DNA of 63,928 nt, the filler included, from Calcarisporiella thermophila CBS 279.70 (Eukaryota > Fungi > Calcarisporiellomycota), in assembly GCF_041956535.1 (NCBI RefSeq). It is 11 parts of 11 records of this genome, joined end to end, with 100 filler letters (N's around TTAATTAATTAA, not from the genome) between each part and the next. Parts side by side here need not be neighbours in the genome. Positions count along the whole stretch, not along the records: positions 22,255 to 28,816 come from NW_027192194.1; positions 28,917 to 31,034 come from NW_027192299.1; positions 31,135 to 56,709 come from NW_027192193.1; 8 more parts are not named here. The stretch is one strand, 5' to 3'. The first letter of the stretch is position 1. Each line of letters begins with the position of its first letter. The position numbers were made by a program, and so were the translations under genes. The notes below the pieces were generated by a model that saw nothing but the letters and a program-made list of their open reading frames with translations, was not told where the DNA came from and did no database searches. Positions 24,030 through 36,751 of this stretch are shown here, piece after piece.

Positions 24030-24098
24030 CGATGCCTCTTGTATGAAACTTCAATCTTGAACCACATCAAAGTTGCGGGTTCGACTCTCGACGGGAGC
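24030..24098 (+). pseudogene. degenerate/5'-truncated tRNA-like sequence
   Basis: T-arm gcgggttcgactctcg, acceptor-like cgggagca, then a T-run; the 5' half cannot be folded. Confidence 0.4.
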
Positions 24099-24109
24099 AG
24101 AAGATCTTT

Positions 24110-24548
24110 TGTTGCGTCGTATATATGTCTAATAAGGTTTATCTTGACAATCCTCTAGCTATCCCTAAGCTCTTGATTGTCCTTCCTTAAACATTTCAGA
24201 AGACTAATAAACAACACAAAGTGGATTGAAACGTGATCCGGTTCTATCTCAATACCAAAATAGCACGTCTTTTATTGCAAATGAAATATCGGTCTTTTTA
24301 TACTGTTGTTAACGTATCATATAGGGAAAAATATAAATAATAAAAGTAATAAAATGGCATCATCTCAATATGATAAAATTATCATAAAATAAGGTTGGCG
24401 TAATAAACAACCGTATAATATTAAATATTCTCACGAAAGAGCTAAGCTAAAGAAACAAAGATAATAAAGCGATAAAGTCACAAAAGCTAAGCCTCCATCC
24501 TCTACTACTGCGTCATTGATCCTTTTAGTTCTAAATTTCCGCACGACA
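24110..24548. mobile_element. solo LTR-like element A
   Basis: TGTTG...CGACA ends; first ~180 bp repeated at 24867. Confidence 0.65.
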
Positions 24549-24551
24549 TTT

Positions 24552-24862
24552 TGTTACGTGTTAAATTGAGAGGTGTGGAGAATAGTAGCTAGAGTTACCC
24601 AAAAACTTCGTTGTTTTCTTTATTCTTCTGTACTTTGTTCTTATATAGCAAAAAAAAAAAGGTTTCGATAAAAGATATTTGAATGGATATATGCTAGCTG
24701 CATAAAGAGGATCATCGCATAAAAATAACGAAAAGGCAGTTGATGCATGATAAAGATAAGCAGATGCATAATGAAGATAGCAATTGGTACTTGACGATCG
24801 ATTAGATAGCTTCAATCTCGTTGTTGATCCCTCATTGGTTATATCCACCACGGCACATAACA
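24552..24862. mobile_element. solo LTR-like element B
   Basis: Inverted termini tgttacgtg...cacataaca. Confidence 0.65.
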
Positions 24863-24866
24863 ATTT

Positions 24867-25200
24867 TGTTGCGTCGAATAATAGACTAATAAGGTCTATC
24901 CTGACAATCCTCTAGCTATCCCTAAGCTCTTGATTGTCCTTCCGTAAACACTTCAGAAGGCTAATAAACGACACAAAGTGGATTGTAAAGTAATCCGGTT
25001 CTATCCCAAAACAAAATAGCACACTTTTATTGTAAACAAAGATGTTATACTAAAGATAACGTACCACAAACATAAATGTAAACAAGATAATAAAAATATA
25101 ATGAGGTAATCAAGGAAAAATATGTTAACCGTAACCGTAAGCTAATAAATATACTAATAAAACCATCCCAAGAACTTAAAGAAGTGTAAAAGAAAAATAA
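24867..25200. mobile_element. LTR-like element A' (truncated near gap)
   Basis: Diverged direct copy of the 24110 element. Confidence 0.6.
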
Positions 25201-25634
25201 GCCGCCAAACCAAGTTTTTTTTTTTTGNNNNNNNNNNNNNNNNNNNNNNNNNNNNNNNNNNNNNNNNNNNNNNNNNNNNNNNNNNNNNNNNNNNNNNNNN
25301 NNNNNNNNNNNNNNNNNNNNNNNNNNNNNNNNNNNNNNNNNNNNNNNNNNNNNNNNNNNNNNNNNNNNNNNNNNNNNNNNNNNNNNNNNNNNNNNNNNNN
25401 NNNNNNNNNNNNNNNNNNNNNNNNNNNNNNNNNNNNNNNNNNNNNNNNNNNNNNNNNNNNNNNNNNNNNNNNNNNNNNNNNNNNNNNNNNNNNNNNNNNN
25501 NNNNNNNNNNNNNNNNNNNNNNNNNNNNNNNNNNNNNNNNNNNNNNNNNNNNNNNNNNNNNNNNNNNNNNNNNNNNNNNNNNNNNNNNNNNNNNNNNNNN
25601 NNNNNNNNNNNNNNNNNNNNNNNNNNNNNNNNNN

Positions 25635-26972
25635 ACCGTACCTACTAAACGTTATCCTAACCTTCCTTATCAATAGAGGAAGAATAGAATGCAGATCACT
25701 CCGGCGACAAGCCTTTTTGGAGCGGAACATGCCGATACAATCGGAAATGGAGCGTAGATATTCTGCGCAACCCACGGAAAGGCTAAAAAGAGCGTGCGAA
25801 CGTCGCTATAACGATTTTTCCTTAGAATGGGAACACGGATACCTTATCCTGCCCCCAACCTAGTAGAGAAAATCACGAACTGTTCTGCCATACCCCGACA
25901 ACATCCGCCTCCTCGTTTCCCACGTCACCTTTGTCACCTGGCAGGCACGCCCGTCCTGGAATACTCCACCCGACGGGGAAGGCACTTCTAGCGAAATGGC
26001 TCTCCAGCACCAGAAACGTTGACGCCCCAATCCTGGCCAGAGGTTGCATCCACGGCAAAGGAATGGGAAAAGGTCTGGACCTCCATCCAAAAACGGCCAA
26101 CACTCCCAAAACACCGAACACTACACTGGCGAATCCTCATAGAGCGTGTAATTACAAACTAGACATCCCCCGGTCATGATCTGAAATGTACCCGCTGTAA
26201 CGCTCCGAGGGACACCATCCGTCACACCTTCTTCGAATGTCCCGAACTCACATCAGTGTAGCATTGGGCGGAGAGGTGTATCAACACCATCTCAGGCCCC
26301 CTAAACACTCAAGTGCTGAACCCCAGGAATCTCGTACTTGGCGACCTACCAGAAGCCCCGAGGACATAAGACACGCGGCTCAAATCGTCTTCGATTCGGT
26401 GTTATGGCAAATCCATCGGGACCGAATCGCTTACCATTTCGAATGCACTCGAGCACCACCCGAGACAATCATCCTCCGTGCCAAAATGGACATCGAGAAG
26501 GCTATCGGAGGTGAACTGATAAAGGCACGTAAAAGACGAGAGATGGAGTTATTCCGAAGAAGGTGGTGCAGTCATGGAGCGGTAATAGAAAGTTCGGATA
26601 GAGCAAAACTAAAACCTAAGTGACGAAGCAATCCTTCCTCTCTCCCAATCCGCTCTTTCCCTCCTCCCCTCCTCTTTACTTCGTAACTCTTACTTAATAC
26701 CCGATCATTATATACATCTAATCTACCCTTTATTCCCTTACTCCACGTTTATCACCTTCTCTTTGTTCTTACCCCCTTGCGTTTCCTTGCTTTCTTCTCT
26801 TCTCTCCCTTTCTGGGCTAACATAAATTGTCAGAATCCAAGTTCTACCTTGCCACCTAACTATATCCCCATCCCTTTATTCCCCCCTTTCAATTTTCATT
26901 GTAATCATTAAACTTTTGTAAGCTATGAAACTAATAAAAGTCTCCGTTGACTAATTAAAAAAAAGAAAAAAA
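25635..26972 (+). mobile_element. decayed LINE 3' portion with 3' UTR and A tail
   Basis: Frameshifted ORF2 tail (CTRCNAPRDTIRHTFFECP; WQIHRDRIAYHFE); ends aataaaagtctccgttgactaatt + A-run. Confidence 0.9.
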
Positions 26973-26974
26973 AG

Positions 26975-28160
26975 GTGATTTTAGAGAGAAACCCACAGCA
27001 TATTTCCACCGCCGCATTGTGGGAAGGAGAGCAGTCAATGCAATGACTTCTCTGAAAAGAGCGGATAGGACACGCACTGAAGACCCCAGTGAAATAGCCA
27101 GAATTGCCGCTCGCTTCTACACAGAGCTTTACACTGGGAACCAAACAAGTACAACCGACCAATACATTCTCCTCAATTACGTAGACAAGACTCTATCCGC
27201 CGACGATCGTGGAAAACTGGAAGAGCCTATCAGTGAAAAAGAGGTGAGATAAGCCATTCGACTGGCCCCAAAGAATAAGTCGCCCTGCCCGGATGGACTG
27301 ACGGCGGAATTCTACCAAGCCTTCGACGGTGAGTTTGCCCCCACGCTTCAGCGGCTCTTTAATGAGGCCCTCACGACGGATAATCCTATGGATTTCTCGA
27401 AGAAAGCAACGATAATTCTAAACTACAAGAGAAAAGGAGATGCCGAATCATTGAGCAACTGGCGACCAATATCTCTCTTAAACGTGGACATTAAACTCCT
27501 AACGAGAATACTCGTGTGTAGAATACAGAGAACAATCATGTCGATCATCTATCTTGATCAATGCGGCTTCGCCCTGGGATGTCAGGCACAAGAGAACGCC
27601 CTTGTAATACACCAAACAATAGAATATGCAGCTAAAGAAAATTGCAAAGGGACTTTTCTGTTTCTTGACCAAGAGAAAGCCTATGATCGAGTAAGCTGGC
27701 ACTGGTTGGAGCGATACCTGGAAAAATTCAATTTCGGTTCACGGTTCCGATCTTTCATCCAGCGCCTACACAATGGATATCAAGCTTCGGTTTCCATAAG
27801 TGGATCTCTTACAGTCCCATTCCCAATCACAAGAGGAATAAGGCAGGGCGACCCTCTATCCCCGTACCTTTACAACATCACAGTTGAACCTATACTTGTA
27901 GCAATCAGGAGCAAAATATGGTGCATTGCTATCCCAAGACTCCCACAGTCGATCACAACACTCACGTACGCAGATGACCTGACTGTCGGAGTGGCTGACC
28001 AACAAGATGTCACCAATCTATCAGCTCATTGACACTTACTCACGAGCGGCAGATGCAAAAATTAACATCGACAAAACGGAGGCCGTAGCACTCACCTACT
28101 GATCGCACCACCATCGACCCGGGATGCTAATACATACCCGCAGGAGGAGCAATCATGATT
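26975..28160 (+). mobile_element. decayed LINE reverse transcriptase fragment
   Basis: NWRPISLLN, LDQEKAYDRV, GIRQGDPLSP, YADD with stops and frameshifts; paralogue of 60806-62203. Confidence 0.92.
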
Positions 28161-28647
28161 CAACGTGTATTTGCCGCAACACCTCAGAGTACACAATGTG
28201 ATATGGTTGTATGAATGCTCAGAACTTGCAGCAGTGTGATATTGGACTGAGAAAAGTTTTAATGTCATTGCAGACATCTAAATATTCAGTTATAATCTGC
28301 ACGCAATTTTGTTTTCTGAGACAAATTTGACACGAAGTTGGTATGGACACATTGCCCAAACCACACTAAATTCCTCAATTCAACGGATACACCGGCACAA
28401 TATTGCCAATGGGATAAGAAATTATAATATCTTGACATTTCAAGAAACTTAAAAAAACTAAAATCAAGGTGTATATAAAATAATATTTTTGTTACCAAAT
28501 GCTACGTTAGGAGTATAGATCGATGATTAGAGGAAAATATAAAATAAGCAATACAAAACTATTTATATGATTCATGAGGATTTTTTTGCTGTATAATATG
28601 ATGTATATAAAATAATTACTCTATATCGTGAATAAAATGAAAAAATT

Positions 28648-28731
28648 TGCCGGGAGTGGGGTTCGAACCCACGCCTTCTTGCGAAGAGTGGAGCTTAAAT
28701 CCACCGTCTTAGACCTCTCGACCATCCCGGC
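28648..28731 (-). tRNA. tRNA-Leu(TAA)
   Basis: Cloverleaf with long variable arm; anticodon arm gtgga-ttTAAgc-tccac; oligo(T) downstream. Confidence 0.93.
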
Positions 28732-29150
28732 CCTTCTCCTTTTTTGTAAACAAAAAGAACCTCTAGTCACGACTAATTCACAAACATTTTCAAAGTCCGC
28801 CCGTGTCGGGGGAGGGNNNNNNNNNNNNNNNNNNNNNNNNNNNNNNNNNNNNNNNNNNNNTTAATTAATTAANNNNNNNNNNNNNNNNNNNNNNNNNNNN
28901 NNNNNNNNNNNNNNNNATGACTCGTGGCGTGCGTACCATGATGTCCGGGCTGCGCCCCACCGAGTGACGGGGGGGTTCCGATCTTGGATGATCGCGAACT
29001 CCATCCCCATCCTTCGAGATTTCGCCTCCATCTTCGTGACGAATCTCGGCAAAATTGGTATCAATCGATTCCCCTCTGTCAGGGGAACCGATTGGCATGT
29101 TTGAACGAGGCAAAAACTAACTATAAGGTGCAATAAACACGAAAAAACTA

Positions 29151-29222
29151 CTCCGAATCGGGGAGTCGAACCCCGGCCGTCCCGGTGAAAGCGGGAAATC
29201 CTAACCGCTGGACCAATTCGGA
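29151..29222 (-). tRNA. tRNA-Glu(TTC)
   Basis: 72 nt; tcccg-ctTTCac-cggga; ggttcgactcc; T6 terminator. Confidence 0.93.
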
Positions 29223-29343
29223 TTGGCTACTTGAATTGTTGGAATCGTATCGGGATATCTGCAGCAGGACAACCAAGCCAAGCCACGTAATCCCTCAAGC
29301 CCTGCTATTTCGGAGCATTATCGGAGCATTATTAAGTAACCGT

Positions 29344-29886
29344 TGTAATGTAATTCTTTTAGTATATATTGAACAGAACTCCCACTATAGAAAAGAGAGA
29401 CATGCTAAGTTCCAGATAGCATTCTTGTTTAATAAACCAGTAATTATCTTAACTATCCTCGCATGTACTACGCAGATTCTAACAGAATTGTCATAATTTG
29501 AGTCACATATCAAGCTATCTCAATGATATTCAAGCTCCGACATTAGTTATAAACCAGCATTCACTTCCCCTCCTCTTTACTTCATACCTTTCACCAATAC
29601 CCGATCACTACATACATCTAATTTACCCTTTATTCCCCCCTTTCTTATTTCATTGTAATCATTATACTCTTGTAAGCCACTGAAACTAATAAAAGTCTCC
29701 GTTGATTGATCAAAAAAAAAAAATATAAACCAGCATTCATTAGCTTTATTAGTTAACAGGTTAAATAGTTATTATATCTTATAGTATAAAAGAACTTTTA
29801 ACATTCATACCTTGTTCTTGAATAAACCTATAATTTTACCTATGTTCCCCAAGTATTCTCTAGTTATATCGCTCTAGTTTATGACA
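29344..29886. mobile_element. LTR-like element D interrupted by a LINE tail
   Basis: TGTAAT...ATGACA ends; its right 160 bp are repeated inverted at 30181-30340. Confidence 0.55.
29564..29723 (+). mobile_element. 160-bp LINE 3' tail with 16-bp TSD
   Basis: tataaaccagcattca at 29548-29563 and 29724-29739; poly(A); matches 57780-57952. Confidence 0.9.
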
Positions 29887-29891
29887 AAATT

Positions 29892-30176
29892 TGTCGTGTG
29901 CTAGAGAAGGGATATGCTGTAAGCTAGGATAAATAGGCGAATAGTAGCGGTTTCACGGACAATAGTTTGTTACTATTTAATATTCCGTAGTGAGACTTTG
30001 GTTCAGCCTTCGGATTATATTTTCTGTGACTTTACGTAATTTAGATATTTCAAGTGTATAAATAGTCTTTAGATCTTAAGTGTTGTAAGAACAAGAAGTA
30101 ACAAGAGTAGTATTAGTTTCTTTATATTTTCAATCTCTTTTCGAATATCTCCTTAAACTATCTTGAGCACACGAAA
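29892..30176. mobile_element. solo LTR-like element C
   Basis: tgtcgtgtgct...agcacacgaaa termini; near-identical copy at 30771-31034. Confidence 0.7.
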
Positions 30177-30361
30177 AATATGTCATAAACTAGAGCGATA
30201 TAACTAGAGAATACTTGGGGAACATAGGTAAAATTATAGGTTTATTCAAGAACAAGGTATGAATGTTAAAAGTTCTTTTATACTATAAGATATAATAACT
30301 ATTTAACCTGTTAACTAATAAAGCTAATGAATGCTGGTTTTTAACTAGTTCCTAATTAATG

Positions 30362-30699
30362 TTTTTTTTTGATCTTCAATGGAAACATTTTATTTAATTT
30401 TCATATATTACATGAAGTTAATGTCAATGGACTTAACATAGCGAGATATAGGTCCGTGATCGATAGGCGTTCAATCGATATGCGTGTATCGTAGTTGTCG
30501 TGAATAGCCTGTACGTGAAACCGATGTAAGCTTTGTACTTTTTGTAGGAGCGATCTTTTCAATAATGAAGACTCAATTTCTGAACAAGTGGACAGCAGTC
30601 ACAAACTAAGAGTAAGTGCTGGTGGGGGAAGTGGGATTCGAACCCACGCCGTTCTCGTCGGCATACCAGGGATAGTCCACTACACTAACCCTCCCCCCC
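30362..30699 (-). mobile_element. full-length tRNA-derived SINE S1
   Basis: Head with A-box (tagtgtagtgg), B-box (ggttcgaatcc) and terminal CCA; ~250-bp body; LINE-like 3' end and poly(A). Confidence 0.85.
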
Positions 30700-30770
30700 A
30701 ACCAATCTCTTATTTTTCTCTTTTAAGTCCGTACATCTCTCCACAAGTCTCCAACCGCCCGTAACATTTC

Positions 30771-31034
30771 TGTCGTGTGCTAGAGAAGGGATATGCTGTA
30801 AGCTAGGATAAATAGGCGAATAGTAGCGGTTTCACGGACAATAGTTTGTTACTATTTAATATTCCGTAGCGAGACTTTGGTTCAGCCTTCGGATTATATT
30901 TTCTGTGACTTACTTTACGTAATTTAAGTGTATAAATAGTCTTTAGATCTTAAGTGTTGTAAGGACAAGAAGTAACAAGAGTATTATTAGTTTCTTTATA
31001 TTTTCAATCTCTTTTCAAATATCTCCTTAAACTG
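30771..31034. mobile_element. LTR-like element C, second copy (cut by contig end)
   Basis: Near-identical to 29892-30160. Confidence 0.7.
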
Positions 31035-31140
31035 NNNNNNNNNNNNNNNNNNNNNNNNNNNNNNNNNNNNNNNNNNNNTTAATTAATTAANNNNNNNNNN
31101 NNNNNNNNNNNNNNNNNNNNNNNNNNNNNNNNNNTGGAAA

Positions 31141-31437
31141 GTCTATCGATCAAGGACCTATATCTCGTTATGTTAAGTCCATTGACATTAACTTCATGTA
31201 ATATATGGAAATTAAATAAAAGTTTCCATTGATTGATCAAAAAAAAAAGAGTATAACTTCCCTGGATTCTCCTCCCCTCCTCCCCTCCTCCTTACTTCAT
31301 ACCTTTCACCAAATACCCGATCACTATATACATCTAATTTACCCTTTATTCCCCCCTTTCTTATTTCATTGTAATCATTTAACTCTTGTAAGCTACGGAA
31401 ACTAATAAAAGTCTCCGTTGATTGATCAAAAAAAAAA
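31141..31437 (+). mobile_element. SINE S1 tail followed by LINE 3' tail, both poly(A)
   Basis: 31141-31248 matches 595-702; 31270-31437 matches 57778-57952. Confidence 0.8.
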
Positions 31438-32339
31438 TATTGCTGATAAAAATAAGATCTTGTTGATTGATACTCCTGAAATAGAAAGAAATAATGTCCT
31501 TATATAAGTACGAAGGAAATAAGAAAATAAGAAAATATTGCTAATAGAATAGTTGGAATGGCATAATAGGAACAACCATTGCAAATATCGCGCAATTCTC
31601 GACAAAAGATAGATAATGTTTAACAAATGTAACACTCATATTAAAGAATTGGTTATGACAGTATTAGGGTTGAATCTAGTATTAGGTCTTCGCTGGACGA
31701 TGGGTTAAATTCACCACAGCCCATAACAATTTTATGTTAGCATCGCGTTGTGATAGCTGCAGAGATATGGTCGAATTCAGCCACTAATCACGTGACATAC
31801 ATCAGCAGGCTGGCTTGTCATTTACTTCAAAAACATTGGGTGGACGAGAAGTGCTTCAGCTTTTGGATGAAAAGAAGAGATTCAGCGCTTTTGCCTAATT
31901 TATCAAAAATCAAAAATTTTACTATTCCCCGATTAACTTTAAAGTATTATGAAACTCTAAGTTGATTTTTATATTAGCAATTCGGAATTTTATAACCCAC
32001 TCTGACACATGCAATGCCAGTCACATACACCATTTATATAACCCTATTTCCCTAAAATGAATTTGAAAATAAGTCTCCATGTTGTTCTCATCTTATATGC
32101 CGCTTTTCCCTGCTTATATTATTTAAAGAGCAGGATCAAATGGGCTCTCATTTCAGATAAACAAGATATGCATCTGCATTATGGCCAAGTATTTTTTTTC
32201 TTATCATTTGGAATTCCAGCAAAGAAATAATGGAGTGGCAAAAATGCAAGGGTTCAACGCCAAAACTGACTCTGTGCTCTTTTCCTCTCCTAGTTTCGGC
32301 GGTTTATGTCAAATCCACAACTCGAAGAAATTAAATAGA

Positions 32340-32766
32340 ATGCATTGCGGCGAGTCACTCTATTTGTTATTCTTATATTTCGCACTGGTTATACCTATAA
32401 TAGCGCATCCACTCAACCGAAAGCATCAGCCTGACACCTTCCAGGACGCGGCATTAGCCGCTCTCGATTATATTCTAGAACACAAGGATGAGTACCCGGA
32501 GACCTGGATCGCAAATCAAAATCACTACTTGTATTCACATTCCAATTGCTGCGACATTAAACGATATGGAAAGAATTGTGTACAAGCATACAAAACCGCG
32601 GAGGGTCGAAATTAATTGTAAAGATTGTTCATAGTCCTTCCTATATCTTTCTGGTTTCTTATCCTACTAAAGTTTTATAGTCCAAACATGCGCAGTTGAT
32701 CGAAAGAGTATTTTACCGTTCTATATAAGACAATACCTTTTTATTGGGATGGTTTCACAGCTGTAA
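32340..32766 (+). CDS. putative small secreted protein, unknown
   Basis: Hydrophobic leader MHCGESLYLLFLYFALVIPIIA and CC..C motif; the second exon after a possible intron (~32605-32680) is tentative. Confidence 0.35.
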
Positions 32767-32905
32767 TGGTAAACTGACATGTAAAAATGTATCGAATAAT
32801 ATAACTGATAGTATCATCGATCAAGTGTAAAAGAAGAAAACGAGAGAAGATCTTAGTAGGAATAGTAATAAGAAAAGAAGATTATTAATTGGAAATAATA
32901 GTCAT

Positions 32906-35720
32906 TTATTTTCGAATGTCCCGATGGTCCTCCTCTTCCAACTCCTCATCTGAGTCTAATTGTTCATCTGCAGAGAAAATTGCAGGTGATTCAACGACCA
33001 GTTGGTCCCTAGAGGGTCAGAAAACATGTAGAAGTTTAAATCAGCAAAGACTCGAATTAGAGAATGCTCAAAAGCTTACAATTCGTTCGTATCTTCATTG
33101 TCTCCAACTTTCAATGCAGAGAACCGTGCCTGCTTTCGACTGCGATACCACAGATAGCCAGCTATTGCTAAACCGGCTACGAGAACTATCAGGGCAATCG
33201 TACCTCTGCAAATATTTAATAGGGTTAATTTAGGATGAGAATCCACATTTGAAATAGGTTAAGCATCAATCTCACGTATTGTAATATTTCTCCCATTTTT
33301 CCTCATCAATTAAAGAGCCAGCACCAGGTGTCTAAAAGAAAATACCGACTATAAGTCTTACCAGAAAGATAAAAAAAAAAAGAAAGATTAAATCTCAACC
33401 TGTTCATCCCCAAGTCGAGAGGGTACCACGGTTTCATTTACTCCAATGAAACGGTTAATCATGTCGAGTAGTTCGATCGGTTTATCGTACGGGACCATAT
33501 GTGAACCATCCTTGATAAGGACATAGGTCAAATTGCGGGACATCTGGTAGTAACCTACAAGCTGATCTCTAATGTACCAATTGAGGGTAGGAACTGGACC
33601 CAGACCTGTTGCACCATTCCAGGTCAAGTTGTCGATCAAATATTCAGTTCCTCGATGGTTGCAAATAAGGTCTTGGTCGCCGCTGAATAATAAGAATATA
33701 AAGCATGAATTCCTTTGAAAACATACTTAGGCAGTAAAAGTATACCTGTAAAGCAATACAGGGATTTTCGAAAGGATATTAGGAAGAAGACGAACAGGTG
33801 GAAGACTTCGGTCATCGTCAAGAGCACCTCCAACTATGCCACTACATTCTCTCCAGCCAGTAGGCTTACCATCAGCGTGTAAAGCCTTAATGACCTCGGG
33901 TTTCTAAGAAATTTGATGGAAAATTGTATAGAAAAAAACTAACATATAAAATCATATCTTACTCTACCTGCAAATAGGCTGTAATGTTTTCAAGTTCATA
34001 GGGCCACTTAAGCCCACATTTCGGGTATTCATCTTTTAGCCGAATATCATACTCATTCACACACATCATGGTTCCATCTTCCAGCCTGCATACAAGAAAT
34101 GAGAAAAAAATATAAGCATTTTGTACTAATAAACTTTTTTTTAATGTAGAAATTATTCGTTACTTGAATACTGAATGATCCAAAATAGACTGGAGAATGT
34201 TTTCGCAGACTTCGGTATGAATTCTAACTCCATTTTTTCTCTGTTCCTCTTTGCATTGAAAGAGCTGTTGCTCTGCGCGGTCTTTGGCAAGCCCGTCAAG
34301 AAGATTCTTTTCTACAGCGAAGTCAAAGTAGGCTAGATACTGGTACAAATGGCAGATTAATATGAAGAGTAGCAATGAAAAAAATTCAAGTTTATATGCA
34401 CTTGATTCCATGGATCGATCCATCCGTTGCCAATGGCAATTCCTTTGAGTCGATAAGAAGTAGGCCCACCTATCTCATTTCGATGCAAAATTTCAGAGGC
34501 AATATACGGAATATACACGCCAGCAAAGCTCTCTCCAGCAATGTACATCTAACAGGTCAATATAACTGTGAGCAACCAAGAGTAGAACGCTTGAGTTTGA
34601 CCTCAAGTTACTCACATCATTCGCTTCGAGTTGTGGGAACACTTGGAAGAATTTCTCTAAAAATACTAAAAACTGGTCGACGACCTATAAAGTATTCCAA
34701 AGTAAATTAAGACAGAGTAATGATAAGTAAAATGTAGAGAAACATTATAACTACCTGCTTCATATCCTTTGCATAATTGTTCTGTTCTACAAAACTGAAC
34801 CCTGTACCCGCAGGTTGATCCACTGGTTTAGAGGCAAGAGGTTTTAGGAGAGCGCTTGATAAAATCATACAAAGCATATGTATCGCACCATATAGGACGT
34901 CAGCATATTTGTTCCAACTTCCCTCGTTCATAGTAAGAGTTGAATCAGAGCTCATTCGAAAGGGTCCATTCTCTAGGAAAACACCATCTTCGCTATAACG
35001 ATATCAAAGGGATCTTTATATAAATGCACACATTTGGAGAAAGGTTATCCAACTTTACCTTGAACTAATTTGTATATGATATGTTAAAAGTCAATTTATA
35101 TATTAATTACAAATTTACAATGGTGATTAAGAGTAATCATAATACATACCAGCCGGGACCTATGCAATATGTCAAATAGTTATGAAAACAGTTTCTGAAT
35201 ATAGTAATATATCGAGCATATAATCAAAATATAGCATACATACCTCCGTTTAGCCAAATTATCTAACAATATTAAAAAGTACTTAAAAAAAAAAATCGTG
35301 TTTATTCATTTCTTAATGGTGATGGCTTACCAGTTTATTTTTTTCTGTCTTTACTTCCCGCTTCCCAAATAACCAGAAGAAAATGTTCGCATTGGTCTTT
35401 TCATCGATTTGTATGTGACTTTGGAATATAGAAAAAGACAAAATATTGAACAGGCAGTGGAGAATTAAATAAGAAGCAAGAAGTTACCCTGCGTGCTGTA
35501 CTAAATTCTCTTTCTCGGGTAACCCTGGTAAGTCATGTACGAAATATTCATATTCATCGAGAGGTTTTGCTAGTGGAATTAGAATGGATCATGTAATGAG
35601 AAATCTAGCAGATATAAGTAGAAAAAAAAGGGTAATGATAGTAGAGATACCTGGCAGAGCAGAGGCTAAATTGAGCAATCCAAATAAGAAAGCAATATTC
35701 GATAATCGTGACAATAACAT
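32906..35720 (-). CDS. KEX1: Kex1-like membrane-anchored serine carboxypeptidase (S10), multi-exon
   Basis: Signal peptide, spliced [41 protein letters not shown], transmembrane [19 protein letters not shown], acidic tail. Confidence 0.9.
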
Positions 35721-36410
35721 GTGAAGTAAATTCTGCTGATTTTTCAATTAAAATATTCTTTTCTTAATAGGTCTTTTTCTCGCAGAAAATTCATTTTCGC
35801 AAATATGCGCCTCTTAATGAGTATCTCTTTGATTATCCCATAAATGTGATATTTGTTACTATAAGTATTTTGCCACCAAATCAATTGTGAAAATTTTGGC
35901 CAGAGAGATCTATGTACCTTCATTACTTATCATATCTTAAATAGTTTTGATGGAAGACATTTGTTAGAGTTTGATCAATCTCCACATATGGCCAATTTTA
36001 TAAATTAGTTACTTCAAAGAAGCAAAAAAAAAAAAGAATAGGGGCATGGAATATCTAGATGAAGTATAAGAATGCATATTACTCATCAAGAAAAACTTAA
36101 TTGTAATTATTGATTATTTATATGCATCTGCAGGCTATAAACTCAAATCAATTATATCTTAGCGAATATATTATATAGGAAATGGTATATAAAATAAAAA
36201 TAAGAGAGGGATGAGATTTAAGAAATATAGCATTAGCTTTGGCACAGAGACAAAATAATGACCTTTATTCCTCAAAAACGGATCTAAGGTATTTTGAGGA
36301 ATAAAGGTTATTAGATCCAGTACTGCTCTGTTTCTCATTGATAAACAACTGCTCCTATAATAATACAATGCCAGGGTAATGTTCTAATGCGGATTCAGTT
36401 TGAACCATAA

Positions 36411-36431
36411 ACGTCATCCACGATGACGTAA
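36411..36431. promoter_or_regulatory. paired inverted ATF/CRE (ATGACGT) sites upstream of the bZIP gene
   Basis: acgtcat-ccacg-atgacgt; a third ATGACGT in intron 1 at 36834-36840. Confidence 0.55.
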
Positions 36432-36751
36432 CTTTCTCAGAAATTCGTGGAGTTATTAGAGGGTCTTTCTTCGCAGCATGGGGGAGTTCATCGTTAAGCA
36501 GTTAGGAATTATCACTGACCATTATTAAACACACAAGAAGAAAGCAATTTGCAACTACAGTCTGCGTTAACAATTTCTCATTTTGATTAATCTATTTATT
36601 CAATTTTACTCAGTTTTTCTATTCCATTTTATCTCCCATATATCTCGCTATATTTTTTCGAACTGACGTTATAATTTAAAAGCAATTTCTGAATTGTAAG
36701 AGGAAAGGGCGATCATCTGACATTTTTAATGAAGTAATTAAATCGTATATC

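Noticed and set aside
28917-29113. GC-rich ORF start downstream of tRNA-Glu as LINE ORF1 or gag
   Set aside because: Only ~60 codons before the contig end, with no diagnostic motif.
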